Below, piece by piece: positions 18,569 to 29,500 of a stretch of 64,000 nt of DNA (position 1 is the stretch's first letter; the number at the start of each line of letters is the position of its first letter). The DNA is from an uncultured Chlamydiales bacterium (GTDB taxonomy: Bacteria; Chlamydiota; Chlamydiia; Chlamydiales; Rhabdochlamydiaceae), in contig OY969554.1 of NCBI GenBank assembly GCA_963700985.1, forward strand, positions 1,184,001 to 1,248,000, written 5' to 3'. Below the pieces are notes generated by a model. The model made no database searches. It saw only the letters and a list, made by a program, of their open reading frames with translations, and was not told the origin of the DNA. A program made the translations under genes and the position numbers.

Positions 18569-19903
18569 TTAAGAGACTGCAAGTTCGTTTTGCAAACGAG
18601 AAATGACTTCTTCGATGGTGAGGCGCTTGGAAGGATTTTTAAATAACATATCCTGAATGAGCCGCCTTTCAAAAGATGCGTCTTTCTCGGGTATTGGATA
18701 GTCTCCAGGAACAGGCCTCTTTCCGTATAAAAACTCATGAAAAGTCGTTCCAAGAGAGAAAATATCAAACGAGAGTTCTCTGGGGCTAGGGTTTTGACCT
18801 CGACATTCAGGTGGCACATATCCATTGGTGCAACATTCAATTTCGTTCTTGTCTCCGGGAGTAAAGACTCCACCATAGTCATTTAAAACTACTTGAAGTT
18901 GATCATCTAGCAAAAAGTTATCTGGTTTAATATCGCCGTGGCCAGCTTTTTGCCTATGTAAAACTGCAATGGATTCGGCCATGCCGAGCATAATTTGCAG
19001 TTTCTCTCTGTGTGTTACACTGGTATATGTGGAGCTTTTTATTAGCTTTTGCAAACTTCCTCTGTAAAAAGGCATGTAAATGTGCAGTTTTTTGCCTCCC
19101 CTTTTCGAAGTAAATGCTTCTGAAAATGAGATAACATTAACCTGCCTTTCTTGATTTCCAAAACGCTTGAGTTGTGCGATGTCGACCTCTGCCACCTTTG
19201 GATTTTTGCTTACTTTTATGGTTGCGCGAACGACCAAGCTTCCATCCAAAAGATTTTGTGCATATTTGACATCTTTCATATATCCACTTCCTACTAAGCG
19301 ATCTCCACGGCTTGTTTTATTGTATGTAAAATAAATCCCCGTTCGATCTCGATAGAGGGTTCTCTTAAGACCCGTTTCTTCAGGCTTCAACCAGATTCCC
19401 CTTTCAGGCGCTAAGGTCAATTCATTAAGCCGGCGTGCGTAGGTAACAGCTTCTCGTAATTCCTTATCAGAGACATTTCGAATTGGCTGACTAAACCGCG
19501 TTGCGATCTCTTTTTTACCTTTGATAAGTTTCTTTGCTACTTCTCGATTTATCTGATCTTTTGTCGAATCTAAAGCTAGAGGAAGAGCATGCATTAGCTG
19601 TGAAGAGTGTAAAAGCTTTACTGCACGGGCGGTTTCTGTAGCTGGATCTGTTAGGAAGTGGAAAAAACGGAAAACAGCTTTGTACACCCGTATCCAAAAA
19701 CTATCCATTTTTTCCCATTCCAGGGTTTCACGTGCCAGACCAATGGCTCCGAGCAAGTTTGAACGCGTCTCTAAAGAGACTGGCTGACTTCTAGCTAGGG
19801 CTTGTTTGATTCTTTGCGTTAATCCACAAAGGGCCGTAACAGCCTGATCTGCATCCATACTTGTGCGGATCCTGGGTAAAGCCGGAGAAATGACATTTGT
19901 CAT
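18569..19903 (-). CDS. eukaryote-like Ser/Thr protein kinase (effector candidate)
   Basis: VGSGYMK, HGDIKPDN, NDYG, GYVPPE, DIFSLG, PSKRLTIEEV. Confidence 0.8.
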   Translation of the reverse strand: MTNVISPALPRIRTSMDADQAVTALCGLTQRIKQALARSQPVSLETRSNLLGAIGLARETLEWEKMDSFWIRVYKAVFRFFHFLTDPATETARAVKLLHSSQLMHALPLALDSTKDQINREVAKKLIKGKKEIATRFSQPIRNVSDKELREAVTYARRLNELTLAPERGIWLKPEETGLKRTLYRDRTGIYFTYNKTSRGDRLVGSGYMKDVKYAQNLLDGSLVVRATIKVSKNPKVAEVDIAQLKRFGNQERQVNVISFSEAFTSKRGGKKLHIYMPFYRGSLQKLIKSSTYTSVTHREKLQIMLGMAESIAVLHRQKAGHGDIKPDNFLLDDQLQVVLNDYGGVFTPGDKNEIECCTNGYVPPECRGQNPSPRELSFDIFSLGTTFHEFLYGKRPVPGDYPIPEKDASFERRLIQDMLFKNPSKRLTIEEVISRLQNELAVS

Positions 19904-19933
19904 AATTACAAATAATTATTAATAATAAATATA

Positions 19934-19962
19934 ATTATACAATATTTAATACTATTAATCAA
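19934..19962 (-). promoter_or_regulatory. sigma66-type promoter of kinase gene
   Basis: TTGATT-17 bp-TATAAT on the minus strand, 30 bp upstream of the ATG. Confidence 0.65.
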
Positions 19963-20033
19963 TTATTTGTTTAAATCTTAAGCCACTCACTATTAACAAC
20001 TTAATATATGTAATTGAAAATGAACTAAGTTGC

Positions 20034-21126
20034 TTATTGAGAGATATTTAAGTCTACGAGAGCTTGTTGGACTTGGTCCACCGAAAGAGTGTAAAGACAT
20101 TCGCTGCGCTTACTTCCCCCACAGCCATCCATAAAGCAAGGTCGGCATGGGAAAGCCTGGGCTACGACTTTGGCTTGAGGGTGCTGCCATGGCCCCCAAT
20201 TCTGCTCAGAAGAAGGACCAAAAAGCGCGACGACTGGCGCTTTTAAAGCAGATGCCATATGCAAAGGCACCGAATCGACGCAGATCAAACAGCGCGACAT
20301 ATCGATAAGCGCGCCAAGTTCTTTAAGCGTAATCTTACCACCTAGATCGAGCGCTGCATCTGCTGGGAGATCTTTTAAGATCTCTTGCACAAAGGCACGC
20401 TCGTCTGCATCCGGCCCAGATGAGATAATAATTTTGCCGCCCAGTTTACGGATCAGCGAAGCGGTAAAGCTAGGCGGAGGACATTTGAAACGCCATCTTG
20501 AAACGGGGTGAATCAGAAAGAAATTTCCCTCTTTTATTCCATGTTCTTGCAGGCATTTTTGCATCTTTTCTCGCGCTGCAGTAGGCACATGGAAAGTAAG
20601 CTCCTTTTCATCCGTTTCAGGAAAGATTCCTATTCTGCGTAAAAGGTCGAGCTGACGCTCTACCGTATGCCGCTGTCCATTGGGCGTCTTTGCCATGTGG
20701 GTATAGATGCTTCGCTTTCCCCTAAAACCTTTATTTTGAGGATCGAAACCGGCTCGAAAACGACTCTTAGAAAAGAAAGCTACAAGCGCTCCGCGATCGC
20801 CTTCGGTTAGATTCACCACAAGGTCATACCCAGCTTTGCGAATCTGCCACAAAAGCTTCGCTTCTTTCCATAAACGCGTGAACAGTGGAAGTTTTTTGAT
20901 CTTGCGGTCATACAGGAAAAAATTTTTAATCGCCGGATGCCCTTCAAGCATCGGCAAAGTCTCGGCATAGATCAACGCATCGATCTCAGCAGCAGGAAGT
21001 CTTTTTTTTTAATAGAGAAAAAACGGGCGAGGTTAGCAGCACATCGCCGTGGTGGCGCAGCTTAACTATTAGAATTCGTTTGACCTCGGAAAGGTCTGGA
21101 TAGTCCCCGTAATTTTTGAAGCTCAT
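20034..21126 (-). pseudogene. GT9 LPS heptosyltransferase (RfaQ/WaaQ-like), frameshifted in an A9 tract
   Basis: ATG 21126 gives [19 protein letters not shown]; the frame breaks at T9 21002-21010; removing one base joins it to ORF 20034-20975 (HPVSRWRFK, CVDSVPLHMASA, LFGPS). Confidence 0.8.
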
Positions 21127-21201
21127 ATTGTGAATGAGAATAATTTAGCCCCTTCATATAATACAAGGCAGTTTCAAAACATTTCACGGAGAATAGACAG
21201 A

Positions 21202-21627
21202 ATGGCTCACGAACAGACAATTTCCATTATTAAACCTGACGCAGTCGCTGCTAATCACATTGGCGATATCATTTCCCGCTTCGAAAAAGCCGGATTGAAA
21301 ATCGTGGCAGCCAAAATGCTTCATCTGACTTCAGATCAAGCTAAAGGTTTCTATGCTGTGCATGCACACCGTCCTTTTTTCCAAGAGCTGATTACATTTA
21401 TGGTTTCAGGTCCCTGCCTGATCATGGTTCTTGAAGGACAAGACGCCGTGGCAAAGAATCGCACACTGATGGGCGCTACAAACCCAAAAGAAGCGGCTCC
21501 CGGCACAATCCGTGCGGATTTTGCTAAAACAATCGATAAAAATGCCGTACACGGTTCAGATAGCGCAGAAAACGCTAAGACGGAGATCTCTTTCTTCTTC
21601 CGTCCGAATGAGATTCTCTCTCGCTAA
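21202..21627 (+). CDS. ndk: nucleoside diphosphate kinase
   Basis: [31 protein letters not shown] 21202 preferred. Confidence 0.97.
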   Translation: MAHEQTISIIKPDAVAANHIGDIISRFEKAGLKIVAAKMLHLTSDQAKGFYAVHAHRPFFQELITFMVSGPCLIMVLEGQDAVAKNRTLMGATNPKEAAPGTIRADFAKTIDKNAVHGSDSAENAKTEISFFFRPNEILSR

Positions 21628-21643
21628 AAGTCTATGGTTCAAA

Positions 21644-21671
21644 TTAGAAGCTGTTTTAAGACAGCTTCTAA
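21644..21671. repeat. TTAGAAGCTG-type palindrome between convergent genes
   Basis: ttagaagctgttttaagacagcttctaa; relatives at 6451, 50191 and 59291. Confidence 0.65.
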
Positions 21672-21686
21672 GCTGTGCGCGGTAGA

Positions 21687-22886
21687 TTAGAACTTGAGGC
21701 AGGCTCTCACGGTTAAACCTTGGAAATTGAGATCGCCATGTTTCTCATTTTCTTCTATGATTTCCCCTAATGAACCGGTGGGTGCGCCTCCGATTGTGGG
21801 ATCGGGATCAAATACAATCGTGCTAAGCTCATTTTGTTGAAACCATTGGCCCAATTCATAAAATGCGCCGATAGAGAGATGGGAGACACGAGACTTATTG
21901 CGGCCGAAGAAAGTTTCCCACTGCAGTCCAAGTTGTTCTTCAAGATTGACCCTATTTGTCCAGAAGTGGTTTCTATATTCAAAGGTTCCGCTAATAATTT
22001 CAGTCATTTCTGCGTTTAATCGAGCTGTGTTGAAATTTTGTTTTAAGTCAAAGCGTCCTCTAATAATGCTTGCGGAAAGGGAACCAAAAAGATTCCACTG
22101 TTTAGAGAAATGCCATTGAAACTCGGAGCCAGTGCGTAACCCGACGCCATTAAAATCATTCTTCGCATTCATACCTGTATCAGGGAAAAGAATGTCGTTA
22201 TCAACATTCAAAGCTCTGTATACGATCTTGTATTTTTGATCGATAAGTGCACCTCTTAAGCCCACATAAGGTTTTACGGAAAGGCGCTTGCTCAAAAAGA
22301 AGTTGCGCCCAAGGCTCAGATCAATCGTATTAAAATGGAGTCTCCAGTTCCCCTTCGCAACATATATATCTCCCAAAAACCCCGGCAGCCATTTGCCGAT
22401 AAATTGTGTTTCGCCGCTCATGATGACGGGAATAGACATACTGTAATGACCATGCGCGCTCGTGTGAAATCGGGTCCAATTGGCAAAAAGCTCCAACGCA
22501 TCAGAAGCACCGAACATATACCCGGCGCCAATTCGAAAACCGGGATCCCAGTGAAAATGCAGGCGTTTTTTGGAATCTGCATTGATTCGTCTTGTTGGAG
22601 ACACGATGTCTATCGATACTTTCGAGGTGAGATCGAGATCATCCTCTTCAGCTTGCCAGTAGAGAAAATCCCCCGTAAGGAAGAATCCGCCTTCACTAGA
22701 ATATGCAGGATTTTTTCCACCGAGAGTGCCGTGTACATTTCGTTCAACAATCGATTTAGAGTCTTCAGAAGTGAAGGTCTCTGACTCTCCGGACGACGCC
22801 ATGTCTGCGTAAATGGCACAAGAAGAAAAAATAGCTGCTGAACCCAGAGCTAATTTGAGTGCAGTTGAAAGAGCATCGCGTCGCAT
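21687..22886 (-). CDS. Lpg1974-family / MOMP-like outer-membrane beta-barrel, paralog of 11731-12939
   Basis: GGKNP, FLYWQAEEDDL, WDPGFRIGAGY, WFQQNEL, HGDLNFQGLT, terminal Phe. Confidence 0.8.
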   Translation of the reverse strand: MRRDALSTALKLALGSAAIFSSCAIYADMASSGESETFTSEDSKSIVERNVHGTLGGKNPAYSSEGGFFLTGDFLYWQAEEDDLDLTSKVSIDIVSPTRRINADSKKRLHFHWDPGFRIGAGYMFGASDALELFANWTRFHTSAHGHYSMSIPVIMSGETQFIGKWLPGFLGDIYVAKGNWRLHFNTIDLSLGRNFFLSKRLSVKPYVGLRGALIDQKYKIVYRALNVDNDILFPDTGMNAKNDFNGVGLRTGSEFQWHFSKQWNLFGSLSASIIRGRFDLKQNFNTARLNAEMTEIISGTFEYRNHFWTNRVNLEEQLGLQWETFFGRNKSRVSHLSIGAFYELGQWFQQNELSTIVFDPDPTIGGAPTGSLGEIIEENEKHGDLNFQGLTVRACLKF

Positions 22887-22975
22887 AGAACACCATTAAA
22901 AATGTTAAAAACACAGATTAAATATTTCTTTACATAACTTTGCAAGGCAAAACGATGTGCTACTCAAATGTCCTC

Positions 22976-24778
22976 TCAGATCCTCTTTTGAAGAGCTTCT
23001 ACTTCTTGACTTAAGCCTAGAGGAAGATGCTTTCCAAAGATTTTGAAATAATCGCGAATCCCTTCCACTTCTTTAGTCCACTCACCTTTATCGATGCGAA
23101 AGAGTTCTTGAAGCATATCTTTACTGAGGTTCAGTCCGCTTAAGTCTAATGCGCCCTCTGAGGGCACCCAACCTAGAGGAGTAGAAATGGCTTCATCTTT
23201 GCCCGAGGCGCGCTCGAAGATCCACTTAAGAACGCGGATATTCTCTCCAAAACCTGGCCAGAGAAATTTTCCATCTGGAGATTTTCTAAACCAGTTAACT
23301 TGATAGATGCGCGGCAGTTTACTCGGCTCAATTTTTTTGCCCATATCTAACCAGTGTTGGAAATAGTCACCCATGTTGTATCCGCAGAAAGGCAGCATTG
23401 CAAATGGATCGTGTCTGAGCTTGCCAACTTCTCCTTTTGCGGCAGCGGTGGTTTCAGAAGAGAGACTTGCACCGAAAAAAGTGCCATGTTGCCAGTTAAA
23501 TGCTTCCACAACTAGTGGCACGGTGGTGCTTCGTCTACCTCCAAAAATAATGGCAGAGATGGGCACACCCTCTGGATTATTCCACTCGGAATCTAAAATT
23601 GGACATTGACTTAAGGGTGCAGTGAAACGCGCATTCGGTTGAGCGGCTTTGGTTCCTGAAGCTGGGGTCCAGGCCTGGCCCAACCAGCTGGTAAGATGTT
23701 CAGGTGGCTTTGGGGTCATGCCTTCCCACCACACATCTTTATCCGCGGTCAAGGCCACATTCGTGAAAATGGTGTTTTTTTCGATCGATTTCATCGCATT
23801 GGGATTAGAATCATAAGCTGTTCCTGGCGCCACACCAAAAAAACCGGTTTCAGGGTTGATCGCAAATAACCTGCCATCTGGACCAATCCTCATCCATGCT
23901 ATGTCATCGCCAACACATTCGACCTTCCAGCCCTTCAAAGTGGAACTCAGCAGCGCTAAATTAGTCTTGCCACATGAAGAGGGAAAAGAGGCCGCAATGT
24001 ACTTTTTCTCGCCTTGTGGATTGGTTACGCTGATGATAAGCATGTGCTCCGCTAGCCACATATCATCTCTGGCCATCACCGAGGCAATGCGCAGCGCAAA
24101 ACACTTTTTTCCCAAAAGCGCATTTCCCCCGTAACCACTGCCAAAAGACCAGATGCTCTTTTCTTCTGGGAAGTGGACGATATGCCGTTTATCAGGCGCG
24201 CAAGGCCAAGCCACATCTTTCTGACCAGGTTCCAAAGGTGCACCCACAGAGTGCATGCAAGGCACGAAAAAACCATTCTTAAGCACATCGAGCACCTTTT
24301 TTCCCATGTGCGTCATGATCTTCATGTTCACCACAACATAGGGGGAATCTGTCACCTGCACGCCAATGTGACCAATCGGCGAATCGGGAGCGCCCATGCT
24401 GAAAGGAATGACATACATCGTGCGGCCGCGCATGCACCCTTTAAAAAGACCCTTTAAGATCTTGTGCATCTCTTGGGGATCTTTCCAATTATTGGTAGGG
24501 CCTGCTTCTTCTTGAGTTTTAGAACAGATGAAAGTCGATTCTTCCACGCGTGCCACGTCATCTGGATGCGAACGACACCAGAAACTTCCAGGGCGCTTTG
24601 CAGGATTTAATGCGACAAACACACCCTTGTCGACCAGCTCTTGACAGATCTTGTTATATTCGCTCTCGGATCCATCGCACAGATGCACATCTGCGGGATT
24701 GCAAAGCGCAATGGCCTCTTCAACCCATCGAATAAGCTCTTGATTGCTCGTCCACTTGCGAAGTTTTTCTGCAAACAT
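22976..24778 (-). CDS. pckG: phosphoenolpyruvate carboxykinase (GTP)
   Basis: [48 protein letters not shown]. Confidence 0.97.
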   Translation of the reverse strand: MFAEKLRKWTSNQELIRWVEEAIALCNPADVHLCDGSESEYNKICQELVDKGVFVALNPAKRPGSFWCRSHPDDVARVEESTFICSKTQEEAGPTNNWKDPQEMHKILKGLFKGCMRGRTMYVIPFSMGAPDSPIGHIGVQVTDSPYVVVNMKIMTHMGKKVLDVLKNGFFVPCMHSVGAPLEPGQKDVAWPCAPDKRHIVHFPEEKSIWSFGSGYGGNALLGKKCFALRIASVMARDDMWLAEHMLIISVTNPQGEKKYIAASFPSSCGKTNLALLSSTLKGWKVECVGDDIAWMRIGPDGRLFAINPETGFFGVAPGTAYDSNPNAMKSIEKNTIFTNVALTADKDVWWEGMTPKPPEHLTSWLGQAWTPASGTKAAQPNARFTAPLSQCPILDSEWNNPEGVPISAIIFGGRRSTTVPLVVEAFNWQHGTFFGASLSSETTAAAKGEVGKLRHDPFAMLPFCGYNMGDYFQHWLDMGKKIEPSKLPRIYQVNWFRKSPDGKFLWPGFGENIRVLKWIFERASGKDEAISTPLGWVPSEGALDLSGLNLSKDMLQELFRIDKGEWTKEVEGIRDYFKIFGKHLPLGLSQEVEALQKRI

Positions 24779-24871
24779 AAGTAAATCCCGCTTATCTGTT
24801 CTTGATTGAGGATACTAAGATTTTGTGAATTGGCGATCAAATCAAAACAGAGAAAGAAGAAAAACAGAAGA

Positions 24872-25476
24872 ATTTCACCACAGAGTCACAGAGAACACTG
24901 AGTGAGAAAAAAGTCATTTTTTGCAGGTGAAACAAAAAATGACATCCTCTCGCCGCGTAAACGTCGGCGAAGAGTCAATAATTCACAAACTGACACGCTG
25001 AATGCCGTTCTTAAGAAGAGGGACATTGAAATTCAAAATTAAACCTGTTCTACACTTTAGAAGCCGAAGATAGGTAAGTAACTGAGCTGTTAATATTGGG
25101 CTAGTTGCTTCGACAGCTTTTATTTCTACTACAATTTCGTTCTCAATGAGAAAATCAATTCGATAACCCCCTTCTAATGTCACACCTTTATAGATAAGTG
25201 GTAACGGTTTTTGTCATTCAAAGGAAATCTGTCTAATTTCAAATTCTCGCGCAAGACACATCTCATATGTAGACTCTAACAATCCCGGCCCGAGGTGCTT
25301 GTGTACTTCTACGGCAGCGCTAATGATTTTTCCCGTTTTCTCAATTTCCATAGTCGCTCTCAAAAAATCGTTCTACCCAATATTGCGGCAAAGCCGCGAG
25401 AGTTTTCTCTTTTCGTTTCACTTACGAAAAGAGAAGGAATTTCTTCTCTGTGCTCTCTGTGGCTCTGTGGTGAAAT
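24872..25476. mobile_element. GxxExxY gene cassette bounded by long structured inverted repeats
   Basis: Left arm atttcaccacagagtcacagagaacactgag; reverse complement of right arm atttcaccacagagccacagagagcacagag; lies between pck and mreB, which are otherwise adjacent in chlamydiae. Confidence 0.6.
24983..25351 (-). pseudogene. GxxExxY protein (PD-(D/E)XK nuclease-like) with in-frame TGA at codon 46
   Basis: [30 protein letters not shown]...ISFE*QKPLPLIYKG...YRIDFLIENEIVVEIKAV...AQLLTYLRL...GLILNFN; TGA at 25214-25216. Confidence 0.88.
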
Positions 25477-25496
25477 CTTTATTCTTTCAAAAAAAA

Positions 25497-26591
25497 TTAG
25501 AGAGCGTTTTTGCGCTTTTTGAATTTGTCCAGGTATTCCAGAGCTTTGCCCGTGCCTAAGCAGACGGCAAGCAATGGATTTGGAGCGACGATAACTGGAA
25601 GGCCTGTCTCTTTAATCAGAGATTTATCTAGCCCTTTGATCAATGCGCCACCACCTGCGAGTACCATGCCGCGCTCGACGAGGTCGGCTGCAAGTTCTGG
25701 AGGGCACTTTTCTAGGGTTAGTTTAACGCCTTCGATAATCTGCTGAATAGGTTCAGCTAGACATTCGCGGATTTCAACTGAGTTGATTCTTTTGGTGACT
25801 GGCAAGCCCGCTACTTGGTCACGGCCACGCACTTCCATCTCCAGCTCATGATCTCCCAGGGGATATGCAGAGCCGATAGTCATTTTAATCTCTTCGGCAG
25901 TTCGTGGGCCAATCATGAGATTATAGGTGCGACGCATGTAGTTAACGATGCACTCATCGAACTCATCACCGGCGATGCGCAAGGAACGCGATTCAACAAT
26001 ACCGCCTAGTGAGATAATCGCGATTTCTGTTGTACCGCCGCCGATGTCGATAATCATATTGGCAGCTGGTTCATGCACAGGCATGTCGACGCCAATGGCC
26101 GCAGCCATCGGCTCTTCAATCAGAAGGACTTCTTGAGCTCCGGCTCTGAGGGCAGAATCTTCCACGGCTCTTTTTTCTACGCCGGTGATTCCAGAGGGAA
26201 CTGCGATAAGAATTTTTGGACGAAAGAGGCTACGAGCAGGCGTTACGCGCTTAAGCAGAGCTTTAATCATGCCTTCGGCAATTTCAAAGTCGGCAATTAC
26301 GCCATCTTTCATAGGACGAACGGCCAAGATTTTGCGAGGTGTTTTTCCGAGCATGGCTTTGGCTCTATGTCCAACGGCCAGAACTTCATTTGTAGTAGGA
26401 TCAACTGCCACCACTGAGGGTTCAGCCAACACAATGCCCTTTCCGCGGACATAAACGAGTGTATTGGCGGTTCCTAAGTCGATGCCGATATCGCTGGGGA
26501 AAAACCCCGCGTAAGTACCGCATTTGGCAATGAAAGCCTGTCCGGCTTTCAGAATGACATTTTTATAATTCTGTTGATTTGAACTATTCAT
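25497..26591 (-). CDS. mreB: rod shape-determining protein MreB
   Basis: [38 protein letters not shown]. Confidence 0.97.
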   Translation of the reverse strand: MNSSNQQNYKNVILKAGQAFIAKCGTYAGFFPSDIGIDLGTANTLVYVRGKGIVLAEPSVVAVDPTTNEVLAVGHRAKAMLGKTPRKILAVRPMKDGVIADFEIAEGMIKALLKRVTPARSLFRPKILIAVPSGITGVEKRAVEDSALRAGAQEVLLIEEPMAAAIGVDMPVHEPAANMIIDIGGGTTEIAIISLGGIVESRSLRIAGDEFDECIVNYMRRTYNLMIGPRTAEEIKMTIGSAYPLGDHELEMEVRGRDQVAGLPVTKRINSVEIRECLAEPIQQIIEGVKLTLEKCPPELAADLVERGMVLAGGGALIKGLDKSLIKETGLPVIVAPNPLLAVCLGTGKALEYLDKFKKRKNAL

Positions 26592-26597
26592 GAAATT

Positions 26598-29500
26598 TTA
26601 AGTTTTAAGAAGCTCTAATACATCTTCCCAAGTGAGCTTGGATATAGCCTCATCATCGCAGCTCACCACTTTCTTGACTAATCCTTTTTTCCTCTTCTGC
26701 ATTTCGGCAATTTTCTCTTCAATCGTACCTAGAGTGATTAATTTATAGGCAGATACAGAATTTTTTTGTCCGATACGATGTACGCGGTCGGTGGCTTGGT
26801 TTTCAACAGCTGGGTTCCACCACATGTCATAATGGATGACCGTATCAGCCCCAACCAGGTTAAGGCCAGTGCCTCCCGCTTTGAGAGAAACTAAGAAAAC
26901 AGGAATCGAAGCGTCATCATTGAATTTTTTTACAACTTCGAGACGATTTTTGCTCGAACCATCCAAATATTCGAATCGAATACCCTTTTGCTCAAAGTCA
27001 GCGCGCATGATTTGAAGCATGCGGGTGTATTGGCTAAAGATAACCGTTTTGTGCTTTCCATCGATCAGAGTTTGCACCAGATCAAGGAGCATCTCATATT
27101 TGGAAGAATCGCCCGATTCGGGTTTTTCTTTTGCAAAGATAGCTGGGTGACAGCAGATCTGCTTAAGACGAGTGAGCGTCGCCAGCACGTGGATTTGTAC
27201 GCGATCAAAGCCATCGCGCTGCACAAGCTTCGTGAGCTCATCTCGGGCTGAGGCCGCATATGAACGGTAGAGATCTTGCTGTACGTCGCTAAGCTGACAG
27301 TGATAGACGATTTCGGAAACAGGCGGCAGGTCATCTAATACATCCACCTTCATACGTCTTAAGATGAAAGGCGCCACTTTTTTACGCAGGTATTCTAAAT
27401 TCTTAACTTGTTCAGGCCCGCTTACACGCACATATTTTTCAACGAAACGCTCATATCCGCTTAAAAAACCAGGCATGAGGAAGTCAAACAGACTCCAGAG
27501 CTCATCCAGAGAATTCTCAATAGGCGTACCAGAAAGAATCAAACGGTGCTCGGCTTGCACCATTTTGACAGACTTAGCATTACGCGTTCCACGGTTCTTA
27601 ATATGTTGAGCTTCATCGAGAATCACATAAGAAAATGGAACAGCCTTGTAACTCTCAATATCTTTTTGAAGCAGGGTGTATGAAGTGATCACAACATCGT
27701 GCTGCACGAAGTTTTCGATCAGCTTCTTACGCTGCGAGGGCACTCCATCAATGACAAGCGCCTTGATGCCGGAATTAAACTTATGAAACTCTTCCTTCCA
27801 GTTATAAAGAAGAGAAGTAGGACAGACGATTAGTGAAACTTTCTTTCCGCGTCCATGTAATTGAGAAATGGCAACAATTGCTTGCAACGTTTTTCCCAAG
27901 CCCATGTCATCGGCCAAAATACCATTTAGGTACATCAAGCGCAGGCGTTCAAGCCACTTTACCCCTTCGCCTTGATAGGTGCGAAGAGTAGCCTTTACTT
28001 CGGTTGGAACAGCCGAGAAGGAGAGCTGTTTTTCGCCTAGCATCTGCTTGCGGATTTCTAATAATTTCTTCGAAATCGTGATCTCAACTGGCAAGCCTTC
28101 GAAGGAGTCTGCATCGATATTGGCTAAACTCCATAGCGGCCTTTCGATCTTGTGATCTTCTAAGGTTAAAATGCCAAGCTCGTCGAACACCTGAACAATG
28201 TTTCCGATTCTCTCTAAATCGAGTACGAGAATCTTAGCCATCTTGCCACCTTCGGAAGCTTTCTTGAGCTTCGACTTAGGTGATTCGAGTTCGATAAAGG
28301 CCTTTTTGGAGGCGACGCATTCCCAGAGTTGATCCAGTTTTACCCCTTTTAGTGAACCCTCTACCTTGAGATCGATCTCATACATATCGATGCGTTCAGT
28401 TGGAGTAAGATTCAGCTTGAACTTTGTCTGGTCATAGATGAATTGATCGAGAAGATTTTGCGGACAGTTAAACTTCACGCGGTCTTGATGACGTGGAATG
28501 AGATCTGTCATGAACTCTACAATCTTTTTATCCGACTTGGTGACATATGCGCCCATCTCAGGATTGAAAATAAAGTCTGAAAAGAGATCTTCGATGATTT
28601 TGCGCTCTTCCACCAGATTACGCGCTAGCACTCCATCATCAGATACAAAAGAAGAGACATGTGCATAGGCAAGTTGCGTTGATGCAGCTGGAATCTTGTG
28701 TTTGTCATAATGGAAATGCACCACGGCATCTAGCTCTCCATTTAAGAAAGAGAGATCGCAGCTAGCTTTCACTTGGCCCACATAAGGCAGAGTGACAAAA
28801 TCTTCAATTACTTGCTGGTTAGCCACATCAGTAAAACGGCTTAGCTCGGGCAGCGCATTCTCAACAAAAGTTCCAAAAAGGGGCTGCGGAATTGTCATCT
28901 CACGAATCGGATGAAGATTGCGTAGATGTAAGCGGGTGATCTGTGGGGCAAAACGGTAGTAGGCATTGCGGTAGAGCATACCTGGTTTAGCGCACTCAAA
29001 AAACTTCGCCTCTTCGAGCTGCACGATCTGCGTGTCGACAATAAGCGTAGGATTTAAAAGGATTTTGGAAGTCGGAGGCGGAATGTACTCAAGTGCAAAA
29101 CGGAATTGCGCGGGCTGCAGCGAAAAGCGCAAAGGCGACTCCAAACTACTCTCATATAGACCAGTTAAAACAGGCAGCTCCTCATCTTGAGGAGAAAATC
29201 CACGGCGCAGTGCATCTTCTGACGCAAGCTCGAAAGCTTTCGCCAAAATCATGCCAAAAACTTCTCCATCGATACTGGCGGCACGTTGAGCGCGCTCGGA
29301 GCCAATTGAGTCGGGAAAGCGCGCGTGATCCATGATCATCCGTACAATTTCTTGCTGGGCTGCGTCAAAAGACTCTATTGAAAAACGGAAGCGCTTGCTT
29401 CCAATAAAGAGCAGCTCGCCATAGCGCATTTTTTCCAGGAACTGCTTCACATGAGGAATATGCAGCGGTTTTGAACGCGAAGGCAGACGCAGCGCCAATT

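Noticed and set aside
25214-25216. Selenocysteine or alternative genetic code
   Set aside because: TGA is used as a stop elsewhere in the window; a CGA to TGA mutation is simpler
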